Source: an uncultured Candidatus Binatia bacterium
GTDB lineage: Bacteria > Desulfobacterota > Binatia > UBA9968 > JAJDTQ01
NCBI GenBank assembly: GCA_964291295.2
Contig: OZ219754.1
Coordinates: forward strand, 3,232,001-3,296,000
Direction: 5' to 3'
DNA length: 64,000 bases
Below are positions 52,135-61,356 of this stretch, in pieces. The stretch's first letter is position 1. Each line of letters opens with the position of its first letter. The notes under the pieces are model-generated. The model was not told the origin of the DNA. It ran no database searches and saw only the letters and a list, made by a program, of their open reading frames with translations. Both the position numbers and the translations under genes were made by a program.

Positions 52135-53232
52135 CTACTTCATGGCCGCCTGCTTGCGCCCCTTTTCGACGTATTGGGCGCGGAACTGCTTCATCTCCTC
52201 GCCGGCCGTCTTCCACGGCGTCATGGCCTTCTCGATGTCCGCGGGCGCGGTCAGCATGTACGGCTCGATCCCCACGGACTTCTTGTACTCGGCGCGGAAC
52301 GCGGGGTCCTTGTTCATGGCGATGAAAGCCGAGCGCACGGCTTCCACCGCGGCCGCGGGAGTCTCCGGCGGGGCCAGGATCTGGCGGTAACTGGTCAGGA
52401 TCTGGAAGAGTTGCCACAGCGGTCCCGAAGGCTCCCGGCCCGAAAGCCGCTTGACGAACTGACGCGCGGTCACGCCCGGCGCGATGGCCGGAATCTCCAC
52501 GTCGCTGTGGTACCAGAGCGGCATGGCGATGCCCTTGTCCACGGCGATGGGCTTCACCCGCGGGATATAGAACGGCGTGCTGCCGTCCACGTAGTCGAGC
52601 TCCTTGCGCAGGAACGCCGCCAGCAGATCGGACGAACCCTGGTATCCGGTGACGTAGTGGTAGTTCACCCCCGCCAGGTCGAACAGGGTGCGGAACTTGA
52701 GATCCTTGCTGGAGTCGGCGCGAAATCCGCCCACGTTGAAGCTCTTGACCTTCTGAATGTCTTCCAGCTTGCCCAGCGGCGGATCGAGATCCGTCCGGGC
52801 CACCCCGACGCTGACCACGGGCGTGAACATGACCGGAAGGATCTCCTCCATGTTGGCCCGGAGACCGGCCTTCTCGGGGTCGCCCACATACCATTCCTGA
52901 TACCGGCCGCTGGCGGTCTGGCAACCCATTACGGTGCCGTTCCGCCGCGCCCGCTCGTAGAGCCAGTTCATGGCCAGGTTGCCGCCGCCGCCCGCCCGGT
53001 TCTGGATGACGATGGTGGGATTGCCCTTCAGGTGGTTCTTCAGATGACGGGCGTAGATCCGGCACTCGATGTCCGTGGGTCCGCCCGCGGAGAAGTCGAC
53101 GATGAGCTTCAATGTCTTGCCCTGGTAAAAGGGCTCGTCCGCCGCGGCCGCCGGGGCCCCCGGCAACAGCCCGAACACGAGCGCGGCAACAATGGAAAGC
53201 ACGGCCTTCTGGCTTCTGCATGTGGACTTCAT
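52135..53232 (-). CDS. tctC: TctC/Bug-family solute-binding protein
   Basis: Signal peptide; FYQGKT...FSAGGPTD; QNRAGGGG; GYQG. Confidence 0.85.
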   Translation of the reverse strand: MKSTCRSQKAVLSIVAALVFGLLPGAPAAAADEPFYQGKTLKLIVDFSAGGPTDIECRIYARHLKNHLKGNPTIVIQNRAGGGGNLAMNWLYERARRNGTVMGCQTASGRYQEWYVGDPEKAGLRANMEEILPVMFTPVVSVGVARTDLDPPLGKLEDIQKVKSFNVGGFRADSSKDLKFRTLFDLAGVNYHYVTGYQGSSDLLAAFLRKELDYVDGSTPFYIPRVKPIAVDKGIAMPLWYHSDVEIPAIAPGVTARQFVKRLSGREPSGPLWQLFQILTSYRQILAPPETPAAAVEAVRSAFIAMNKDPAFRAEYKKSVGIEPYMLTAPADIEKAMTPWKTAGEEMKQFRAQYVEKGRKQAAMK

Positions 53233-53332
53233 CGCATTGCTCCTCCCTGGGTAGGTGATTGCCGTGGGGCACCGGTCCGGACCGCCCGGGACGGTGCCCC
53301 GCCACGTGACATTCCTCGGTTTCCGTATCGGG

Positions 53333-54169
53333 TCAGGAGGCCTTCCGAGCCCGGGCCATGGGGCCGAGACCGGGCTTGTAGGTCTTGTCGTCGATGAACT
53401 GCTTGATCCCCTGGTCGTAGCCGCTCTCCGCGTCCACCTGCTTGATCCACGCGCCCTTGGCCGCCAGGTAGTCCTCGGCCTGCGAATAGTCCATGCCGCG
53501 CACCAGCTTGTACGCCTGCTTGGTAGCCCGCAGCGCCCAGGGGTTCTTCTCCATCAGTTTCCGGGCCAGCTTCACCGTCTCGTCCCGGAGTTGCTCCGCC
53601 GGCACCGCGTAGTTCACCAGCCTCATCTCCGCCGCCTTCCGGCCGTCGAACGGGTCACCCGTCATGGCGTGGTAGAGACCGTCGCGCAGCGTCATCATGT
53701 CCGTCACCACCCGACTCACCAGACCCCCGGGCAGGATGCCCCAGTTGACCTCCGACAGACCGAACAGCGCGTCCTCCGCGGCAATGGCGAAATCGCACGC
53801 CACCAGCGGCGTGAAGGCGCCGCCGAAACAGAAACCGTTCACCATGGCGATGGTGGGCTTGGGAAAGGTGAAGAGCTTGCGCCAGCGCCACTCCTGGCTG
53901 CACCAGCTCGCCTGCCGCCGAAGCGCCGGATTCTTGTCGCCCTCCCGGAAATACTCCTTCAGATCCTGGCCGGCGCACCAGCTCTGGCCGGCGCCGGTGA
54001 TGACCATCACCTGGGTCTCCGGATCTCCCTCCGCCTCGGTCACCGCGTCGTACATGTCAAAGTGGAGCTGCGGGCTCATGGCGTTCCGCTTCTCCGGACG
54101 GTTGAGAATCACCCAGGTGATGCCGTCCTCCTTCTCCACCAGAACCGTCTTGTATTCTTTCGTTGCCAT
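53333..54169 (-). CDS. p-Hydroxycinnamoyl/feruloyl-CoA hydratase-lyase, copy A (Q68/Y73)
   Basis: NRPEKRNAMSP, WCAGQDLKEYFRE, CFGGAF, GLSEVNWGI.PGG, EDYLAAK, YKPGLG. Confidence 0.92.
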   Translation of the reverse strand: MATKEYKTVLVEKEDGITWVILNRPEKRNAMSPQLHFDMYDAVTEAEGDPETQVMVITGAGQSWCAGQDLKEYFREGDKNPALRRQASWCSQEWRWRKLFTFPKPTIAMVNGFCFGGAFTPLVACDFAIAAEDALFGLSEVNWGILPGGLVSRVVTDMMTLRDGLYHAMTGDPFDGRKAAEMRLVNYAVPAEQLRDETVKLARKLMEKNPWALRATKQAYKLVRGMDYSQAEDYLAAKGAWIKQVDAESGYDQGIKQFIDDKTYKPGLGPMARARKAS

Positions 54170-55084
54170 TGAACGTATACCTCCTTGCAACATTCACCGG
54201 ATCGATAATTCGGCCAACTCTATGCAGTCGCGTTCACGGAGTCAAGACACGCCCGCGCCCGGTCACTTCTTCGGGACCCGGGCCATGGGGCCCAGGCCGG
54301 GCTTGTAGGTCTTGTCGTCAATGAACTGCTTGATCCCCTGGTCGTAGCCGCTCTCCGCGTCCACCTGCTTGATCCACGCGCCCTTGGCCGCCAGGTAGTC
54401 CTCGGCCTGCGAGTAGTCCATGCCGCGCACCAGCTTGTACGCCTGCTTGGTGGCCCGAAGCGCCCAAGGGTTCTTCTCCATCAGTTTCCGGGCCAGCTTC
54501 ACCGTCTCGTCCCGGAGTTGCTCCGCCGGCACCGCGTAGTTCACCAGCCTCATCTCCGCCGCCTTCCGGCCGTCGAACGGGTCACCCGTCATGGCGTGGT
54601 AGAGACCGTCGCGCAGCGTCATCATGTCCGTCACCACCCGACTCACCAGACCCCCGGGCAGGATGCCCCAGTTGACCTCCGACAGACCGAACAGCGCGTC
54701 CTCCGCGGCAATGGCGAAATCGCACGCCACCAGCGGCGTGAAGGCGCCGCCGAAACAGAAACCGTTCACCATGGCGATGGTGGGCTTGGGAAAGGTGAAG
54801 AGCTTGCGCCAGCGCCACTCCTGGCTGCACCAGCTCGCCTGCCGCCGAAGCGCCGGATTCCTGTCGCCCTCCCGGAAAAACTCCTTCAGATCCATGCCGG
54901 CGCACCAGCTCTGGCCGGCGCCGGTGATGACCATCACCTGGGTCTCCGGATCTCCCTCCGCCTCGGTCACCGCGTCGTACATGTCGAAGTGGAGCTGCGG
55001 GCTCATGGCGTTCCGCTTCTCCGGACGGTTGAGAATCACCCAGGTGATGCCGTCCTCCTTCTCCACCAGAACCGTCTTGTATTC
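53350..55084. repeat. Near-identical ~810-bp direct duplication, offset 927 bp
   Basis: About 53350-54157 matches about 54277-55084 with only scattered SNPs. Confidence 0.95.
54217..54245 (-). promoter_or_regulatory. Sigma70-type promoter for copy A and the tct operon
   Basis: Minus strand TTGACT (54245-54240), 17 bp, TAGAGT (54222-54217). Confidence 0.6.
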
Positions 55085-55096
55085 CCGGGTCGTCAT
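54263..55096 (-). CDS. p-Hydroxycinnamoyl/feruloyl-CoA hydratase-lyase, copy B (M68/F73)
   Basis: Nearly identical to copy A; WCAGMDLKEFFRE; start overlaps the dienelactone hydrolase stop. Confidence 0.92.
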   Translation of the reverse strand: MTTREYKTVLVEKEDGITWVILNRPEKRNAMSPQLHFDMYDAVTEAEGDPETQVMVITGAGQSWCAGMDLKEFFREGDRNPALRRQASWCSQEWRWRKLFTFPKPTIAMVNGFCFGGAFTPLVACDFAIAAEDALFGLSEVNWGILPGGLVSRVVTDMMTLRDGLYHAMTGDPFDGRKAAEMRLVNYAVPAEQLRDETVKLARKLMEKNPWALRATKQAYKLVRGMDYSQAEDYLAAKGAWIKQVDAESGYDQGIKQFIDDKTYKPGLGPMARVPKK

Positions 55097-55866
55097 GAAC
55101 TGCCCCCTTGAAACTCTGTTCCCCCCTGCCCCTTCAGGTGCCGGGCCAGGAACGCCAGCGTCCTGGGCCAGACGTCCCTGGCCGAGGCCTCGTGATAGCT
55201 CGGGCGGTCGTCACAGAAAAAGGCATGCCCGGCCTCCTCGTACAGATGCCACTCGTAATCCACGCCGTTGGCCTTCAATGTCCCCTCAATGGCGTCCCGC
55301 GCCTCCTGCGGTATGCCCTGGTCCTGCCCGCCCCAGACGCACTGCATCGGAATCCTGATCCTGTTTCCCTGGGTCACCGGCTCCACCGGGCTCTTCTCGC
55401 TCCGCTGGCCGCCGGCGATCTGGCCGCCGTAGTACAAGCTGCTCGCCGCCAGGCCCGGGCAGTTGCAGGCCGCCATCCACGACACCCTGCCGCCGAAGCA
55501 GTAGCCGATGATGCCCACCCGGTCCGGGTCGACGTCGTCCCTGCCCTTGGCATGAGCGATGGCGCGGTTCAGGTCTTCGATGATCCTGGTGTCGTAGAGC
55601 GTGCCGCGGGCGGCAAAGGCACCGTCGCGGTCGGTGTTGGGAATGACCCGCTCGTCGAGCCGATAATAGAGATCCGGGGACAAGGCTACGTAGCCCTCCC
55701 CGGCAAAACGCTCGGTGACGTCCTTCATGTGGGCGTTCACGCCGAAGATCTCCATGATCACCAACAGGGCCGGCTTCCTGCCCTCGCCTTCCGGCGCGGC
55801 GACGAACAGGCCCATGGACCTGCCGTCTTCGCCGGCGATATCCACCGTCGCGGTCGTGATGCTCAT
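55093..55866 (-). CDS. Dienelactone hydrolase family protein
   Basis: MEIFGVN, GYCFGG, GGQD, AGHAF. Confidence 0.92.
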   Translation of the reverse strand: MSITTATVDIAGEDGRSMGLFVAAPEGEGRKPALLVIMEIFGVNAHMKDVTERFAGEGYVALSPDLYYRLDERVIPNTDRDGAFAARGTLYDTRIIEDLNRAIAHAKGRDDVDPDRVGIIGYCFGGRVSWMAACNCPGLAASSLYYGGQIAGGQRSEKSPVEPVTQGNRIRIPMQCVWGGQDQGIPQEARDAIEGTLKANGVDYEWHLYEEAGHAFFCDDRPSYHEASARDVWPRTLAFLARHLKGQGGTEFQGGSS

Positions 55867-55918
55867 GCCGTTCCTCCCCTTTCGTGTTTTCTGCTGAGCG
55901 TTGCCGATACGTGTTCTC

Positions 55919-55947
55919 CTTGACACGAGGTTCCCGAAGCTGTCAAG
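55919..55947. promoter_or_regulatory. Inverted repeat CTTGACA-N15-TGTCAAG in a divergent intergenic region
   Basis: Perfect 7-bp arms, each containing TTGACA, between the hydrolase and thrH. Confidence 0.4.
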
Positions 55948-56009
55948 ATTTGCTTGCATGTGCTGAAATGCCTTGCCGCCGCCCGCACAAACCCGGACAT
56001 ACCGATACC

Positions 56010-56606
56010 ATGCAAATCTGCTGCCTGGACCTGGAGGGCGTCCTCCTGCCCGAGATCTGGATCGCCGTTGCCGAGCACTATCACAACGACGACCTCCGGC
56101 TCACCACCCGCGACATCTCCGACTACGACCAGCTCATGCAGTACCGGCTGAAGATCCTCCGGAAGAACCGGATCCGGCTGGCCGACATCCAGGGCGTCAT
56201 CGCCGGCATGAAGCCGCTGCCGGGCGCCAAAGCTTTCCTGGATGACCTCCGGCGGCACTTTCCGGCGGTGATGCTGCTGTCGGACACCTACTACGAGTTC
56301 GCCATGCCGCTGATCCGGAAGCTGGGGGATCCGACGCTGTTGTGCAACTGGCTCACCGTGAGCCGGTCGGGATACATATCGGGCTACGTGCTGCGCCAGC
56401 CTGACGGCAAGCGCAGGGCGGTTCGGGCGTTCAAGGGGATCGGCTTCCGGGTGGTGGCCGCGGGAGACTCCTACAACGACCTGAACATGCTGCGCGCGGC
56501 GGACCACGGCGTGCTGTTCAACCCGCCGGAAGCCATCACCCGACGTTACCCCGCCTTCCCGGTGGCGCGGGACTACCCGACGCTGGCGCGGCTGCTGAAA
56601 CAATGA
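56010..56606 (+). CDS. thrH: Phosphoserine phosphatase / phosphoserine:homoserine phosphotransferase ThrH
   Basis: CLDLEGVLLPEIW, TTRDISDYD.LM, LSDTYYEF, AAGDSYND. Confidence 0.93.
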   Translation: MQICCLDLEGVLLPEIWIAVAEHYHNDDLRLTTRDISDYDQLMQYRLKILRKNRIRLADIQGVIAGMKPLPGAKAFLDDLRRHFPAVMLLSDTYYEFAMPLIRKLGDPTLLCNWLTVSRSGYISGYVLRQPDGKRRAVRAFKGIGFRVVAAGDSYNDLNMLRAADHGVLFNPPEAITRRYPAFPVARDYPTLARLLKQ

Positions 56607-56689
56607 CGAAGCGGGCGGGCACCGATTCCCGGCCCGGGACCAGGACAAACATGCATGCCTGCCGTTCACGACAACCAAGGAGAAAGCTC

Positions 56690-58087
56690 ATGCTCGACAC
56701 ACTGATTTCCAGTGCCGATATCATCAACGCCAACGGCCGCTACAAGGGGTCGGTGGGCATCCGGGACGGCGTCATCGCCGGCATCTACCAGCCCGGGGCG
56801 GCACCCGAGGCCAGGGAGGTGGTGGACGCCTCGAACCTGGCGCTGATCCCCGGCGCGGTGGACATGCATTCGCATCACCGCGAGGGAGGCGAACCCGGCG
56901 GCTACGCCTACAAGGAAAACATCCACACGGCCACCATGCAGTGCGCGGCCGGCGGCGTGACGACCTCGGTGGCCATGCCCAACGTGGTCCCGCCGCCCAA
57001 TACGGTGCCCCGCCTCGAACAGTTGTTCGAGGTCTACGAGCGGGAGTCCATCATCGACTACAACGTCAACCCCGCCGGGACCATCCCCGACGAAATCCCC
57101 AAGCTGGCGCAGAAGGGAATCGCCGCTTTCAAGGTGTTCATGGTGGTGGACACGGGCCGGGACTACCCGCACATGCCCGGCATCGGCGTCCACGATCACG
57201 GCAAGCTGATGGAGATCATGGAAGCCTGCGCCGCGGCCCGCGTGCCGCTCATGGTACACCCCCACGACCAGGCGCTGATGGACCACATCGAGAAGAAGTT
57301 CTGGGACCGGGGGGAGCGCGACTGCCTGGCCTACGCCAAGGCCTACGCCGCCCACGAAGGGGTCATCTGGGAGACGGCGATCCAACTCCTGATCCGCCTG
57401 CAGGCGGCCACCGGCGTTCACCTTCACCTGCTCCACGTCCAGACCGCCGGCACCGTGGAGATGATCCGCCGCGCCAAGGCCAACGGCCAGCGGGTAAGCG
57501 CGGAGATCAACCCCTGGGCGCTGTTCCTGGGCTCGGACTGGAGCGAGATCGAGCGCCTGGGCTCCTACGCCCTCTCCTACTGGGTGCCGGAGGAGAACTT
57601 GCCCGGACTGTGGGGCGGCCTGGTTGACGGCACCATCGATATCGTGGCCACCGACCATGCCCCGCACACGCGGGAAGAGAAGGAGATCGGTTGGGAGGAT
57701 GGCTGGAAGGCGCACACCGGAACCCCTTCGACCCAATACTACCTGAACCTGCTGTTCGATGCGGCAACCAAAGGCCGTATCTCCGTGGAGCGGGTGGTGG
57801 AGGCCACTTCCACCGGACCCGCGCGGATCTTCGGCGTCCGGAACAAGGGGCGCATCGAGGTGGGCTGCGACGCCGACCTGGTGCTGGTGGATCTCAACGC
57901 GGAGAGGGAGATCCGCGACGAGGATGTGCTCAGCCTCATCGGCTGGTCGCCGTACGCCGGCCGCACGGTGCGCGGTGTTCCCGTACGTACCTTCGTGCGC
58001 GGCACCACCGTGTACCGGGACGGCAAGGTGGTGGGTCAGAAAGGACACGGCCGGCAGGCATGGGCACGGTATCCGGGGCAAGGATAG
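56690..58087 (+). CDS. Dihydroorotase/allantoinase-family cyclic amidohydrolase
   Basis: PGAVDMHSH, AAGGVTT...MPN, FKVFM, ATDHAPH, KGRIEVG.DADLV. Confidence 0.9.
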   Translation: MLDTLISSADIINANGRYKGSVGIRDGVIAGIYQPGAAPEAREVVDASNLALIPGAVDMHSHHREGGEPGGYAYKENIHTATMQCAAGGVTTSVAMPNVVPPPNTVPRLEQLFEVYERESIIDYNVNPAGTIPDEIPKLAQKGIAAFKVFMVVDTGRDYPHMPGIGVHDHGKLMEIMEACAAARVPLMVHPHDQALMDHIEKKFWDRGERDCLAYAKAYAAHEGVIWETAIQLLIRLQAATGVHLHLLHVQTAGTVEMIRRAKANGQRVSAEINPWALFLGSDWSEIERLGSYALSYWVPEENLPGLWGGLVDGTIDIVATDHAPHTREEKEIGWEDGWKAHTGTPSTQYYLNLLFDAATKGRISVERVVEATSTGPARIFGVRNKGRIEVGCDADLVLVDLNAEREIRDEDVLSLIGWSPYAGRTVRGVPVRTFVRGTTVYRDGKVVGQKGHGRQAWARYPGQG

Positions 58088-58183
58088 TCCGAACAAGGGT
58101 CTAAACAAGTCACCCATACGACCATCCGCAGAACAGGGGAACGGAGGATGCGGGACGGACCCGGTGGCGTTGGCGGGTTCGGC

Positions 58184-59749
58184 TCATGCGGGCTCGGCGC
58201 GGACTTCGAGAAGGTTCCGCGCCTCGCGCCCGCAAGCCACGCCGATCAGATGGACCGGCCCGTCGTGGTCGCGGTACTTCTCCGCATAGCCCCGCTCGCG
58301 CATCTGCGCGAGTGCGGCATCCAGCGCGGCCGCGCTGTCATCTTCGCCTTCGGCCATCTTGAACTCCAGCACGAAGACCTGCCCGCCGAGAAGCAACACC
58401 ATGTCCGCGCGGCCATGATGCGAGGCCTCTTCCACCCGGAGGTCCGCTCCGATGGAGCGCAGGCACATGTAGAGAAGGCTCGCGTACCAGGCCTCGTAGC
58501 GCGCCAGATCGCCCTTGGCATGCCACTGGTAGGGGATCCCCGCCAGCCAGGCGCGGAGCCTCTCGCCGAAGCCCGTGAAGTCGCCGGCCTCCAGCAGCGC
58601 GCAGAACTCCCGGCCCCGCTCCAGCGGCTCGGCCCCCTTCTTGCCCAGCCAAGCAAGCAACCCACGGTTCAGGCTGAGCCTGACCTCCAGATTGGGATAG
58701 TCCAGCCGGTAGAGAGCGTCGAAATCGTCCTTCTCTTCCTCCGCAATGGTCAGACAGCCGGTCTGGAAGAGCAGCGCCTCGATGTCGATATCGCCCACAT
58801 CGAACTTGGAGATCAACGACATGTCCGCCAGCCGGCCCTCCAGTTCCATCGGGCTCACGGACTTCTCCATCAGCATCCGGAACAGGAAGTTCGGAGAGCC
58901 GGTCTCGAACCAGTACGGGCGGAACTCGCGGCTGTCGAGCAGCAGCAGCACGTCGTAGGGATTGTAGACCCGCTCCCCGCCCCGCCAGTGATAGCCGTCG
59001 TACCAGGTGCGGATTGCGTCGCGGTCCAGCCCGGCCATCTCGGCGCCGAAGACCCGATCCAGATCCTCGTCCCGATAGCCGCAGATGGTGGCGTAGCGCG
59101 GATCAAGGCTGATGTCCTTCAGATTGTTGAGCCCCGAGAACAGGCTGACCTTGGAGAACATGCTGACACCGGTGACGAAGACGAAGCGGACATGTGCGGC
59201 GCTGCCCTTGACGATGCCGTAGAAGCCGCGCAGGTAGTCCCGGTTGGCCGCCGCGAGCTCCGGGTCGTGGAGCACGTCGAGGATGGGCTTGTCATACTCG
59301 TCCACCAGCACCACCACCGGCCGCCCGGCGGCGCTGTGAAGACGGTCGAGAATGTTCCGGAGACGCCTCGGTCCGGTATCGGATGTCCGGGCGGGCGGGA
59401 GGCCGTGCTCGCGCTCCACACTCTCCAGTTGCTCGATAATGTCCCCTTCGATCTCGCCCGGCTCATTGTACTTGCCATCGAAGCTCAGCCGCATCACCGG
59501 ATGCGGCGAAGACCAGTCCCAGTGCGAATGGATGTCCAGTCCCCGGAACAGGGGTTCGTGACAGGCGAACAGCGACCGCAGCGTGTCGAGCAGCAGGCTC
59601 TTGCCGAACCGGCGCGGCCGGGACAGGAAATAGTGGCGCCCCTCGTCCACCAGCTGCCGGATGAGCGAAGTCTTGTCGACATAGTGGAATCCCTCGCTCC
59701 GGATCGTGCGGAAGTCCTGGATCCCCACAGGAAGACGACGTCGAGTCAT
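58184..59749 (-). CDS. AAA-ATPase-like protein with C-terminal PD-(D/E)xK nuclease domain
   Basis: LPVGIQDF, YVDKT, SRPRRFGKS, VDEYDKP, FSGLNN, YNP, GRADM...LEFK...Q..RGY. Confidence 0.92.
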   Translation of the reverse strand: MTRRRLPVGIQDFRTIRSEGFHYVDKTSLIRQLVDEGRHYFLSRPRRFGKSLLLDTLRSLFACHEPLFRGLDIHSHWDWSSPHPVMRLSFDGKYNEPGEIEGDIIEQLESVEREHGLPPARTSDTGPRRLRNILDRLHSAAGRPVVVLVDEYDKPILDVLHDPELAAANRDYLRGFYGIVKGSAAHVRFVFVTGVSMFSKVSLFSGLNNLKDISLDPRYATICGYRDEDLDRVFGAEMAGLDRDAIRTWYDGYHWRGGERVYNPYDVLLLLDSREFRPYWFETGSPNFLFRMLMEKSVSPMELEGRLADMSLISKFDVGDIDIEALLFQTGCLTIAEEEKDDFDALYRLDYPNLEVRLSLNRGLLAWLGKKGAEPLERGREFCALLEAGDFTGFGERLRAWLAGIPYQWHAKGDLARYEAWYASLLYMCLRSIGADLRVEEASHHGRADMVLLLGGQVFVLEFKMAEGEDDSAAALDAALAQMRERGYAEKYRDHDGPVHLIGVACGREARNLLEVRAEPA

Positions 59750-59889
59750 CGATCTCTCCATTTACGGTGACGCAATACACATCCGCATGGACATCGGCGG
59801 CACGGAGACCTGAGAGTCATCCACGGCCGGCGTCACCGCGGGGACGCGGCCCGGGCCGGTGACCGCGCGCGCAACGCGGTCTTCGAGTC

Positions 59890-60426
59890 TCATGGCTCCG
59901 CCCGGCTCCCTTGGCCGCACAGGTCCGGTGCCGCCGCACCCCGCCCCGCGGCATTCACATGGCGCTGCTCCAGTTCGAGCAGATATTCCTTGATGTCGAG
60001 TCCTCCGCCGTAGCCCGTAAGCCGCCCGTCGCCGCCAATGATCCGATGACAGGGCACCACGATGACGATGGGATTGCGCCGGTTGGCCGCTCCTGCCGCC
60101 CGCACCGCCCGGGGCCGTCCCATGGCCCGGGCCTGCTCGCCGTAGGAGCGGGTGGCACCGTAGGGAATGCGCTGAAGCGCCTCCCACGCGCGCAGCTGAA
60201 ACGGCGTGCCGGACAGGGCCACGGGCAGGTCGAAACACGTCCGCCGCCCCTCGAAGTATTCGTCGAGCTGCCGCCGCGCCGCCGCCACCACCGGCCCGCC
60301 GCACCGCCAGTCCTCCGCCACCTCACCGGAGTGCGTTTCCTTCCGGAAGCGAATCCTCGTCACCGCGGTCTCGCCGGCAACGATCAAAAGATCCCCTACC
60401 GGGCTCTCCGTCCAGTCGTAGTACAT
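59890..60426 (-). CDS. ogt: Methylated-DNA--protein-cysteine methyltransferase
   Basis: GTPFQ..W, IPYG, NPI..VVPCHR, GYGGG. Confidence 0.93.
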   Translation of the reverse strand: MYYDWTESPVGDLLIVAGETAVTRIRFRKETHSGEVAEDWRCGGPVVAAARRQLDEYFEGRRTCFDLPVALSGTPFQLRAWEALQRIPYGATRSYGEQARAMGRPRAVRAAGAANRRNPIVIVVPCHRIIGGDGRLTGYGGGLDIKEYLLELEQRHVNAAGRGAAAPDLCGQGSRAEP

Positions 60427-61157
60427 GAATCCCTCCGAACTGCCGCCCCGGGTCGTTGCCGGCCCGAACCTGCACCGCGAGTATCCCGACTTGCGCGCTC
60501 CTGTTCCCGCGGTTCGGTTTCCGCGGTTCTCTGTTCCCCGGTCCCGGCTTCCGCCCGCCGCGCCTCCAGTTCCGCGGCCTCCGTTGCCGTCTTCCCCCAC
60601 AGCGGTGGATCCTTGAGGTACGCCTCCTCTTCCGGAGTGTTCGGTCGTCCCAGCACCGCATTGCGATGGGGAAAGCGGCCGAAGCGTCTGATGGCGTCAT
60701 GATGGCCCACCGCGGCCCGCAGGGATTCCTCGTTGCCGAGCGTACGGTAGAGGGCCAGCGCGCGCTCCTGGTCCACCATCCGCTCGCTGTGCTCGAACGG
60801 CAGGTAGAAGAAGGTCCTGGGCCAGCGGGACAGGCCCCGGTCGTGGCCCCTCTCCAGCGCATGCTCGGCCACCGCCCGTGCCATGGCATCGGTGGAGAAG
60901 GCACGGGCGGTGCCGCGATGAATGTTGCGCGGGAACTGGTCCAGGGCCATGACCAGGGTCAGACAATCTTCCGGCGTTTGCCTGAAATGGTCCAGCTCCC
61001 CGGCGGCCGCCCGCTCGTGCACCCGGGTGTAATGATCGACGAGGTGGCGGTCGAACTCCGGCGTGGCGCGGAACCACACCTGCCGTTTCTCCATCTCCAC
61101 GCTCAGGTCCGCCGTACCGAACCAGAAAGTCAGGATTTCTCTCGACAGGGACTCCAC
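60396..61157 (-). CDS. DUF924 family protein with low-complexity C-terminal tail
   Basis: ILTFWF, LDQFPRN, FFYLPFEHSE, FGRFPHRN..LGR; start uncertain. Confidence 0.88.
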   Translation of the reverse strand: MESLSREILTFWFGTADLSVEMEKRQVWFRATPEFDRHLVDHYTRVHERAAAGELDHFRQTPEDCLTLVMALDQFPRNIHRGTARAFSTDAMARAVAEHALERGHDRGLSRWPRTFFYLPFEHSERMVDQERALALYRTLGNEESLRAAVGHHDAIRRFGRFPHRNAVLGRPNTPEEEAYLKDPPLWGKTATEAAELEARRAEAGTGEQRTAETEPREQERASRDTRGAGSGRQRPGAAVRRDSCTTTGRRAR

Positions 61158-61202
61158 GACATAGGCTCCACGCTTCTTTCGCACCCGGCCGTCGGTATGC
61201 AT

Positions 61203-61234
61203 CGGAAGCTGTCCGTGGCGGAAGCTGTCCGTGG
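61203..61234. repeat. Perfect 16-bp tandem duplication
   Basis: cggaagctgtccgtgg x2 in the divergent DUF924/arsS leader. Confidence 0.9.
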
Positions 61235-61356
61235 CGCCATGCGGCCATGTCCGCCAAAGAAAAGCCGCTGCAAGTCTTGACCAACAAAGGCGCAATTGCA
61301 ACACTGCCCGAGGCTCGAACAACCAACGGGTCAATCCCGGTGCCCAGGAGGTCGTC

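Noticed and set aside
53350-55084. Duplication as a mobile element or plain assembly stutter
   Set aside because: No transposase or terminal repeats. The copies have distinct termini, distinct upstream contexts and clustered substitutions, although read confirmation is still needed.
60490-60590. Repetitive (G)TTCC(G)CGG-type units
   Set aside because: They encode the low-complexity DUF924 tail and are too degenerate to call a separate element.
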